Positions 45,061 to 52,761 of a stretch of 52,761 nt of DNA are shown piece after piece. Position numbers and translations under genes: made by a program. Below the pieces are notes generated by a model. That model made no database searches. It saw only the letters and a program-made list of their open reading frames with translations, and was not told the DNA's origin. The DNA comes from Pirellulales bacterium (GTDB taxonomy: Bacteria; Planctomycetota; Planctomycetia; Pirellulales; PALSA-1355): contig JBGSYQ010000147.1 in NCBI GenBank assembly GCA_041750795.1, positions 1 to 52,761 on the forward strand, written 5' to 3'. Every line of letters begins with the position of its first letter. The first letter of the stretch is position 1.

Positions 45061-47067
45061 ATGCTGAAGGTCAAATTGCCCGACGGTTCCGTGCGGGAGT
45101 ATTCGAAACGCGTGCGGCCGATCGAAGTGGCCGCGGAAATTGGTCCGGGCCTAGCCAAGGCCACGCTGGCCGCCGAGGTCGACGGCGCCATCGTCGGCGC
45201 CAACACGCTGCTGCCCACCGAAGGCGAAGTTTCGCTGCGCCTGTTGACCAAGAAGGATCCCGAGGCGCTGGCCGTGATGCGCCATTCGGCGGCGCACGTG
45301 ATGGCTCGGGCCGTGATGCGGCTGTTCGACGGCGTGCAACTGGCGTTTGGTCCCACGACCGACACCGGGTTTTACTACGACTTCGAGTTGGCGCGGCCGC
45401 TCACCGAGGCCGATTTTCCGGCCATCGAGGCCGAGATGGCCAAGATCATCAAGGCCGACGAGGCGTTCGAGCGCTTGGAAGAACCGCGCGACAAGGCGCT
45501 GGCCGTTTGCCGCGACCTGAGACAAGCGCTCAAGGTGGAGCACATCAACGAGGGACTGGCCGATCATGCCACGCTGTCGTTCTATCGGCAGGGCGAGTTC
45601 ATCGACCTGTGTCGCGGTCCGCACGTGCCCAGCGCCGGCGCGATCGGCGCGGTCAAGCTGCTTTCCATCGCCGGGGCGTATTGGCGCGGCGACGCCTCGC
45701 GTCAGCAGTTGCAACGACTGTACGGCACCGCCTGGTTCTCGCAAGCCGAGCTGGATGAACACCTGAAGATGGTGGAAGAGGCCAAGCGGCGCGATCATCG
45801 CGTGCTGGGCAAACGGCTGGATTTGTTCGCCACCGACGCCGACGTGGGGGCGGGCTTGATCTTGTGGCTACCCAAAGGCGCCACCGTGCGCGGATTGCTG
45901 GAAGGCTTCATTCGCCAGGAGTTGAGCAAGCGCGGCTATCAGCCGGTCTATACGCCGCACATCGGCCGCGTCGAGCTGTATCAAACCTCGGGGCACTTTC
46001 CCTATTACTCCGACAGCCAGTTCAAGCCGATCGTGATGTCGGACGACGAGCGGTACCTGCTCAAGCCGATGAACTGCCCGCACCACGTGATGATCTACAA
46101 GTCGAAGCCACGCAGCTATCGCGAGCTGCCGGTGCGGCTGGCGGAGTTCGGCACGGTGTATCGTTACGAGCAGTCGGGGCAGTTGGGCGGCTTGACGCGA
46201 GTGCGCGGCTTCACTCAGGACGATGCGCACTTGTTTTGCACCGAGGAGCAAGTGGCCGACGAGTTTCGCGCCTGCATCGAGATGACGCAAACCGTGCTTG
46301 CGGCGTTGGGCATGGACGATTATCGCGTGCGGCTGGGGTTTCGCGATCCGAAGAGCGACAAGTACGTGGGCAGCGACGCGGTCTGGGCCAAGGCCGAGGC
46401 AGCGCTCGAACGCGTGTGCCGCTCGATGGACCTGCCAAACCTGGTGGTCGAGCGGGGCGAAGCAGCCTTCTATGGCCCCAAGGCCGACTTCGTGGTGACC
46501 GACTGCCTGGGACGCGAGTGGCAGTTGGGCACCGTGCAGCTCGACTACAACCTTCCCAGTCCCGAGCGGTTCGCGCTGGAGTACATCGGCGCCGACAACC
46601 AGCCGCACACGCCGGTAATGATCCACCGCGCACCGCTGGGATCGCTGGAGCGGTTTGTGGGCGTGTTGATCGAGCACTTTGCCGGCGCGTTTCCGCTCTG
46701 GCTGGCGCCCGAGCAGGTGCGCGTGCTGACCGTGAGCGAAAAGTCGGAAGCTTACGGCCGCGAGGTCGAGGCCGGGCTGCGCGCCGAGGGATTGCGCGTG
46801 ACGGGCGATTTTCGGGCCGAAAAGCTCGGCTCGAAGATTCGCGATGCCCAGTTGGAATTGATTCCCTACATGCTGGTGGTCGGCCCGCGCGACGCGGAAC
46901 AAGGCACCGTGAGCGTGCGCGACCGGATCGACGGCGATCTGGGGGCCATGCCGCTGGCCGAGGCGATCGCCAAGCTCAAGGCCGAGGTGGCCGACAAGAT
47001 CGTGCGGCAAGTAGCACAGAAGCCCGCCGCCGTGCTAGCGGAGCGCGGCGAGGCGCACGAGTATTGA
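45061..47067 (+). CDS. thrS: Threonine--tRNA ligase
   Basis: TGS domain, [48 protein letters not shown]. Confidence 0.98.
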   Translation: MLKVKLPDGSVREYSKRVRPIEVAAEIGPGLAKATLAAEVDGAIVGANTLLPTEGEVSLRLLTKKDPEALAVMRHSAAHVMARAVMRLFDGVQLAFGPTTDTGFYYDFELARPLTEADFPAIEAEMAKIIKADEAFERLEEPRDKALAVCRDLRQALKVEHINEGLADHATLSFYRQGEFIDLCRGPHVPSAGAIGAVKLLSIAGAYWRGDASRQQLQRLYGTAWFSQAELDEHLKMVEEAKRRDHRVLGKRLDLFATDADVGAGLILWLPKGATVRGLLEGFIRQELSKRGYQPVYTPHIGRVELYQTSGHFPYYSDSQFKPIVMSDDERYLLKPMNCPHHVMIYKSKPRSYRELPVRLAEFGTVYRYEQSGQLGGLTRVRGFTQDDAHLFCTEEQVADEFRACIEMTQTVLAALGMDDYRVRLGFRDPKSDKYVGSDAVWAKAEAALERVCRSMDLPNLVVERGEAAFYGPKADFVVTDCLGREWQLGTVQLDYNLPSPERFALEYIGADNQPHTPVMIHRAPLGSLERFVGVLIEHFAGAFPLWLAPEQVRVLTVSEKSEAYGREVEAGLRAEGLRVTGDFRAEKLGSKIRDAQLELIPYMLVVGPRDAEQGTVSVRDRIDGDLGAMPLAEAIAKLKAEVADKIVRQVAQKPAAVLAERGEAHEY

Positions 47068-47245
47068 GGCGCAACGGGGTAGCGTCTACTTTCCATCGCC
47101 GGCGCTGGGGGCTGGTGCAAGTGGACCACACACCGAATGGCTGAATTCCAACCGTTTTGCCCGGGGGCTGGCGCGCGGCTAGGATAGAGCTAGGGCCGGT
47201 GGCGGCAGCTCACACTTCTTTGGGAACAACGGGAACTGGTGCATC

Positions 47246-48574
47246 ATGTCGCGCCGCAGCATGTGGTTGGTGTTTTCGGTGACCATCGTGTCGCTGGTGT
47301 GCTATGCACGCGCGGCGCGCAATCCCTACGGACGCTGGCTCGCCCAGGCGATCGACACCATCGAAAGCCAGTACATCGAACCGGTCGATACGGAGAAGTT
47401 GTTCGAGGGCGCCATGCGGGGCATGGTAGGCCGGCTGGACGACTATTCCTCGTTCCTGCCGCGCCAGATGAAGACGTTTTTCGACGAAGCACTGGGACAG
47501 CAATACGGCGGCATCGGCATCGAGGTGAATCTCGCTGGCGACGGCGACGACAAGCGATTGACGGTCGTCAGTGCGCGGATCAGCGGACCGGCCTACGGGG
47601 CGGGTGTGCTGGCTGGCGACGAGATCGTCGGCATCAACGACGTCAACACCGAACGCTTCACGCTGGACGACGCCTTGAAACTGCTGCGCGGCAAGCCGAA
47701 CACCACCGTCACGCTCCGCGTGCGACGCGCCGGCTATGAAAAACCCTTGGCGTTCAAGATTACGCGAGCACTGATCAAGATCGAATCGGTGCTGGGCGAC
47801 GTGCGCGAAAACGATGGTTCTTGGAACTTTCTGCTGCCCGGCCCGGACCGCATCGGCTACGTGCGGATCGCGTCGTTCGGCGATCTGACGGTCGGCGAAT
47901 TCACCGCAGCCATGCAGTGGCTGAGCCAGCGCCACTGCCGCGGACTGGTGATCGACTTGCGGAACAATCCGGGCGGATTGCTCGAAGCCGCCGAGAAGAT
48001 TTGCGATTTGCTCCTGCCGTCTGGCGCCGTGATCGTCACCACGCGCGGACGCGATGCGCGGGTCCGACAGGAATTGCGCGCCAGCGGCAGCGGACCCTAC
48101 CTGGATTTGCCCATCGTCGTGCTGGTCAACGGCCAAAGCGCCAGCGCCAGCGAGATCGTGGCGGCGTGCTTGCAGGATCACGGCCGGGCGAAAGTCGTCG
48201 GCGAGCGCAGCTTCGGCAAGGGCACCGTGCAAAACCTGATCCCCGTGGAAGCCGGCCGCAGCTCGCTGAAACTGACCATTGCCACCTATTGGCGCCCCAG
48301 CGAGAAGAACATCCACCGCATGAGCAGCAGCAAGGAAACGGACGAGTGGGGAGTGAGGCCCGACGCCGATGGCGAAGTGGCGCTCGACGGGAAACAGGAA
48401 GTCGCCTGGCAAGAAGCGCGGCGCCGCCGCGACGGGCGATTGCCGCCGGGCGGTGACGCCAGCATCGACGGCGTCGACACCAGCGACCCGCTGGAGTTCG
48501 ATTCTCAATTGCGCCGCGCGGTCGAAGTGCTGCAACAGGAACTCGACGGCCCCGCCGCCGCCAAAGCCGCTTGA
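47246..48574 (+). CDS. ctpA: Carboxyl-terminal processing protease (peptidase S41, PDZ)
   Basis: GGIGI PDZ, IDLRNNPGG, SASASEI, FGKGTVQ. Confidence 0.93.
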   Translation: MSRRSMWLVFSVTIVSLVCYARAARNPYGRWLAQAIDTIESQYIEPVDTEKLFEGAMRGMVGRLDDYSSFLPRQMKTFFDEALGQQYGGIGIEVNLAGDGDDKRLTVVSARISGPAYGAGVLAGDEIVGINDVNTERFTLDDALKLLRGKPNTTVTLRVRRAGYEKPLAFKITRALIKIESVLGDVRENDGSWNFLLPGPDRIGYVRIASFGDLTVGEFTAAMQWLSQRHCRGLVIDLRNNPGGLLEAAEKICDLLLPSGAVIVTTRGRDARVRQELRASGSGPYLDLPIVVLVNGQSASASEIVAACLQDHGRAKVVGERSFGKGTVQNLIPVEAGRSSLKLTIATYWRPSEKNIHRMSSSKETDEWGVRPDADGEVALDGKQEVAWQEARRRRDGRLPPGGDASIDGVDTSDPLEFDSQLRRAVEVLQQELDGPAAAKAA

Positions 48575-48980
48575 CACGTACGACCGCGAAAGTCGACGTG
48601 GACGGTCGATGGGCGATAGTCTGCCAGACCGTCTCGGCACGGGTGCGGGCGTTGCACCCGTTTTGCAATTCTGGGTAGGACGCCGCGGCAGCTAGCATGC
48701 CTCTGCGGGCAAGCTTCCCGCGCTCGCGCCCCGGCGCAAATCCTTGACGGGCTTGATTTGTCTCGCGGCGCCCGCTTCGGACGGCTGCAATAAAATGGCG
48801 ATTGGCCCGCGAATTGCTAATGGGGACGTGCATCCTTTCGCTGCCGTCGATTGTGGCAATTCTGCCACCTGGCAGGTCCTGTCTGATCCACTTCAGGAGC
48901 ACGTCGCCATGACACCTCGTTGGAACCATTCGCACAGCAATCCCCGCACGATTCACTGTGCCGTTTTGGAGGTACCTGCC

Positions 48981-49205
48981 ATGGGCGAATCGATGGGCCG
49001 TCGACCGACGACCGGTTTCCGAGAACTCTTGCCCTGGGCCGATCCGTACATTGCGTCGCTGATCGACAAGCTGCGCCGCTCGGCGGGCTGCGACGAGGTG
49101 GACTACGTGCCGCGCAACGAGTTGGAGCCGCCGCTGGACAGCCCCGATGGCCGCAACGACCGTTGGGATGGCGACTGGCGACCGCGCAACTGGTCGGACG
49201 AGTAG
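48981..49205 (+). CDS. Small hypothetical protein
   Basis: GGAGG RBS; LLPWADPYIASLI. Confidence 0.55.
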   Translation: MGESMGRRPTTGFRELLPWADPYIASLIDKLRRSAGCDEVDYVPRNELEPPLDSPDGRNDRWDGDWRPRNWSDE

Positions 49206-49250
49206 GCCGGCGCGAAACGATTCGGATTCGCCGGCGGCGCCGCGCCGGCG

Positions 49251-49733
49251 TCAGTCGAACAGTAGCTCGACCTGCGTGTCGAACCGCACGGAAATCACGA
49301 TCCAGGGATCGTCGATGATGCTGCTGTTGGATTGGCGGCTGAAATCGCGGTAGAACACGAAGTACCATACCAGCGGGAACTGGTCGCACTTGAACAGGTA
49401 CTTCATCAGCACCACGTCTTTGCCGAGGCGTTTGGCGCTGACCTGTTCGCTGCCGCGGTACTCGCCGTAACGCGTGGTCACGTCGCTGGAGGTTCGGGTG
49501 AGCGACTCCAACGCGTCGGTCTGCTTGAGCAAGGGGCTGCCCAGCAGCAAGCTTTCGAACGCGTCGTCGGCTTCGGTGGTGGAAACCGCGTCGAGAAAGC
49601 GGGTTACCCGCTGATCGAGCTTGAGCACGACGGGGTCCGCGGGTTTCTCGGCCTCTTGACCCGCGGCATGCGGTGGCAAGCAGGCGGCAATCGCAAGCGG
49701 CAGCAATGTCAACACAATGCAGGAACGAAGCAT
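49251..49733 (-). CDS. Exported hypothetical protein
   Basis: Signal peptide; P.VWYF.FY...W.VISVRFD. Confidence 0.7.
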   Translation of the reverse strand: MLRSCIVLTLLPLAIAACLPPHAAGQEAEKPADPVVLKLDQRVTRFLDAVSTTEADDAFESLLLGSPLLKQTDALESLTRTSSDVTTRYGEYRGSEQVSAKRLGKDVVLMKYLFKCDQFPLVWYFVFYRDFSRQSNSSIIDDPWIVISVRFDTQVELLFD

Positions 49734-49893
49734 CGGCGAGTCCTTGCGGCAGGCGGATAGGTGTTGTCGGCCAGGGCGGGTTCGCGCCTGTCAGTATAAT
49801 CGTCCGTTGCGCGCGATGCGACGCCACCGCAACGCCCGCCGGCGAAATCGAACATGCGAAACGCGGCGGAGGCCCCTCGCGATGTGCGGCTCG

Positions 49894-50652
49894 CTATGAA
49901 CTAGCGAATTGCTGGCCATAGCGCTGGCGGAAATCCGCCAGCAGCGCTTCAAGCTGCGGTCGCAGGACCGCATGATCGATCAACTTGTTGCGCAAGAACT
50001 GGCCTTCGAACACGCTGAATACGTCGCGGTCAGGAGTCCAAGCCGCGGCAACACGATCGCGCACGTGCGCTTTCGTCAGCCGATACGCTTCCAGGTAGTA
50101 CAAGAAAATCGGCACTCGGCCGAGCGCGGTCGTGATCGTGAGAAACTTCGACATCTGCTCGAATGGAATTGCGTGCAATTGACAGGCGGGCGCAAGGCCG
50201 GCCAACGTCTCCAATTCCTCGTAGATTCCCAGCAACTCGGTTCCCAGACAGTGTCCGTCAATGTCGAACGTCGGCATCAGCGGATAGAGGCGGCAGATCG
50301 TGGGCCGCGTGTCGTGATCGCACGCACATTGGGGACGGCGGCTGATAATCGACTCGATTCGCAGCACGAAGTCCGACAACGGGTACTCGATGACTTTGTG
50401 GTCGTGGTCGCCGAACTGCGCCAACCACCCGTTGGCCCGCAGATACTCGTACTCACCTGGCAGCAGCGGAAGCTCTTGAAACGGCGTGCGCGCCATCAGG
50501 CGAAACTTGCTCTTAATGCGCGCAAAGCTGCAGCAATGAGCATCGCCGCACAACTTCCAGCAGTCGCTGACGTAAACCAGATCGGTCGAGTAAATCGAAG
50601 CGAAGCTCTGCTGGGCCAAGCTGTCGGCGTCGCAGCGCAGGGCCGGTGCCAT
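49894..50652 (-). CDS. YkgJ-like cysteine-cluster protein
   Basis: CWKLCG..HCC ... C.C...RPTICRLYP; GGAGG RBS. Confidence 0.7.
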   Translation of the reverse strand: MAPALRCDADSLAQQSFASIYSTDLVYVSDCWKLCGDAHCCSFARIKSKFRLMARTPFQELPLLPGEYEYLRANGWLAQFGDHDHKVIEYPLSDFVLRIESIISRRPQCACDHDTRPTICRLYPLMPTFDIDGHCLGTELLGIYEELETLAGLAPACQLHAIPFEQMSKFLTITTALGRVPIFLYYLEAYRLTKAHVRDRVAAAWTPDRDVFSVFEGQFLRNKLIDHAVLRPQLEALLADFRQRYGQQFASS

Positions 50653-50958
50653 GATCTTCCTCCCGGAACAAAGAACGAAAGTTTGTGCGTAACGGTGGAA
50701 GAATGCGTAAACTTCCGATCCTTCTCCCAACCTCCGCGACCGACTCCGCGGGGCGCCGGATCGAACGGTGCCGATCGCTGTCCGATGCGGCGAGCCTGGC
50801 ATGGATCCAACATCGCTGTGGCTGCGAGTATACCTGCACGCTTTTCCCCAAGTCCAGCGTGGCGATACCGATTATGGCACGGCCAACAAGCGCGTGGCGG
50901 CCAAAGTCGGTTTTAGCCGATGAATGCCCTAGCGCCTCGAGCAGGATACCGCAGCGGC

Positions 50959-51930
50959 TCAGCGACGCTTGCGGCGCGAATCGGCGCGGACGGCCCGCAC
51001 GAAGCTGGCGATCTTCTGGAGCCAGGAAACCTTGCGGGGAGCGTGGTTCCGGGGCAACTCCTTTTTGCGCGCCAAGTGAAGTTGGCGTCGATATTTGGCG
51101 TCATCGCTTGCCAGCCAGTCGGCCATCTGCTCGTTGAGCGTGGGATTGGGCTGGCCATCCTGCCATAGCCCGCGAAGCTGCAAGTAGCCGCGCGGCCAGA
51201 TTGGCAGCCGGTGAAAAAAGCGTTGCTCGCGCGGCGTGCGCAACACGCGGTCGAGAAGCTTGAGCGGCTCGGAAGTGCAATTGGTGGCGGTGCCTGGCAT
51301 GCGAAACATGAAGTATGGGTGATCGATGCCGTTGGCGTGACTTTCGCGAACTGCTTCGCACAGCATTGTGTTGCGAATGTGCGGCTCCAAGGGCAAAGGC
51401 GGCGATTGAATGACGGTCATGCGAGCCAGCACGATGCGCTCGAACGCCACCTCGTGAACCGACAGAAAACGGTGTACGATCGCCAGGTTGCCCAGCAGCG
51501 CGTCCGCAGGATTCCAACGCCGCCCGTGCGGCCCGACGGCTTCGACCGAGTAACAAAAATCGGTCAGGTAATGGGCCGGCTCGCCGCTGGGCTCGGCCCC
51601 GCGCGGATAGAGCCGCACCGCACATTCCGGCGCCATGACGAGCCGAGCCTGTACGTGATTGAGAAAGAACATCGACGGCTTGCTCGTGCCGTCCTTCTGC
51701 CGCTTCGGCCTGGAAAAGTTGAGTTGCTGGCCGATGATCTGGGCCACGCCGTGCTTGGGAATGACCGACGTCCAGAACTCTCCGCGATGGTAAAAGCCGT
51801 CGACGACAAAGGACTCTTCGGTTTCCAGCAGGATCGCCAGCGGGCGGCGCTCGGTGAGATTGAACTCCTCGCCCGCATAAGCGGACCAGTCAGGCATCAG
51901 CGGCTGAAGCGCCACGGTGGGAGTGTGCAT
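50959..51930 (-). CDS. Hypothetical protein
   Basis: Long ORF co-oriented with its neighbours; start uncertain. Confidence 0.55.
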   Translation of the reverse strand: MHTPTVALQPLMPDWSAYAGEEFNLTERRPLAILLETEESFVVDGFYHRGEFWTSVIPKHGVAQIIGQQLNFSRPKRQKDGTSKPSMFFLNHVQARLVMAPECAVRLYPRGAEPSGEPAHYLTDFCYSVEAVGPHGRRWNPADALLGNLAIVHRFLSVHEVAFERIVLARMTVIQSPPLPLEPHIRNTMLCEAVRESHANGIDHPYFMFRMPGTATNCTSEPLKLLDRVLRTPREQRFFHRLPIWPRGYLQLRGLWQDGQPNPTLNEQMADWLASDDAKYRRQLHLARKKELPRNHAPRKVSWLQKIASFVRAVRADSRRKRR

Positions 51931-52260
51931 GGAGGATATTGTAGCACGGGTGGGAAGCGGAAAGTGGTCGACTGATTGATGGCCCTCGGGCCGAATGGCA
52001 ACGCTCAGCAGCGTGTTGGCCAACCGACGCGGGATCAGCATGGCAAACGCGCAGAAGCTGTCCCGAGGTTTCAGGATTTCGCCGGTTGCGTCCTCAGACA
52101 CCAATGAGAATGCGACTGAGGAATGGAGGCGCTCAAGAGCAGCAATCCAGCAGCCCGTTGAAGAATTCGACGCTCCTGCGACACCGCATGAATGCGATGA
52201 CGAAATGGCGCCGCAAGTCGCTATTCGGCGCTTCCGTGCTAAGCACACGCTGTCCGTGCA

Positions 52261-52761
52261 TCACGCCAGCGTCCCGCTCACCACGGCGCGCATCTCGGCG
52301 GCGATAAAAAACGAGCCGGTGATGGCGATCAGATGCTCGGGGGTGGCGATGCTGGTGGCCAGGTTCCAGGCGGTTTGCGGATCGGCCGCTATGTGAACGT
52401 GCGGACCGCCGGACCCGGCAAGCTCTTCGGCCAGCGCCGCCAGATCTTCCGGCGGAACGCCACGCGGATTCTTCCAGTAGCGCGTGAAGATCACCTCGTC
52501 AAACGCCGGCAGAAGCACGCTCAGCATGCCGCGGAGATCCTTGTCGCGGGTGGTAGCGAAAATGGCCAGTCGCGCCGCCGGCGCGAAGCTCTCGTGCAAT
52601 ACGCGGACCAACGCCTCGACCGACGCCACGTTGTGAGCCGCATCCAGCACGACGGTCGGCCGCCGCGCGACGACTTCGATTCGCGCCGGCCAGCGCACGT
52701 CCACGAGCCCGCAACGTACGGCGGCTTCGGGCAGATTCCAACCCAGCCGGCGCAGCTCGTC
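52261..52761 (-). CDS. folC: Folylpolyglutamate synthase/dihydrofolate synthase, C-terminal part
   Basis: WPARIE...VLDAAHN...DKD...ITGSFF. Confidence 0.88.
   Translation of the reverse strand, partial: DELRRLGWNLPEAAVRCGLVDVRWPARIEVVARRPTVVLDAAHNVASVEALVRVLHESFAPAARLAIFATTRDKDLRGMLSVLLPAFDEVIFTRYWKNPRGVPPEDLAALAEELAGSGGPHVHIAADPQTAWNLATSIATPEHLIAITGSFFIAAEMRAVVSGTLA

Noticed and set aside
45864-48640. Long alternative-frame and antisense ORFs over thrS and ctpA
   Set aside because: Shadow ORFs typical of high-GC coding DNA.

Overview
Planctomycete-like (Pirellulales-type) chromosome segment. Positions 1-42266 are a composite genomic island attached to the 3' end of tRNA-Val(GAC) (42267-42340, minus strand). 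The second att site is not visible, so the island probably continues left of the window. It appears to hold two mobile-element backbones. Backbone A (~0.3-29.9 kb) has a RepA-like initiator with three 18-bp iterons, a TOPRIM primase, a replication-relaxation relaxase, a coupling-protein-like ATPase, DUF932, a putative ssDNA-binding protein, and a tyrosine resolvase with a dif-like site. Its cargo includes a nuclease-TPR-GreAB-C-PIN defence-type protein, a DUF2779 nuclease, a MazF/PemK-type TA pair, a methyltransferase and an ECF sigma/Ser-Thr kinase/PEP-CTERM/FN3-Vps62 module. Backbone B (~32.6-42.2 kb) has an operon of two membrane proteins, a vWA lipoprotein, an ATPase and a relaxase, followed by DUF2958, Prim-Pol, NUDIX, Xis and an integrase with a CxxC...CxxC insertion. 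An IS66 end lies at 1-140. Right of the tRNA are host genes: an ECF pseudogene, ArsR-DUF1579-SRPBCC, thrS, an S41 protease, a YkgJ-like protein and folC. The most unusual signals are: (i) repeated fold-back promoter-terminator elements that look like single-stranded-DNA (Frpo-like) promoters; (ii) two relaxase+ATPase transfer modules with no VirB4/MPF genes in the window; (iii) a duplicated cargo slot with a chimeric junction at ~15190; (iv) hairpins that sequester the int and xis ribosome-binding sites. All family assignments come from reading motifs by eye, not from database searches.
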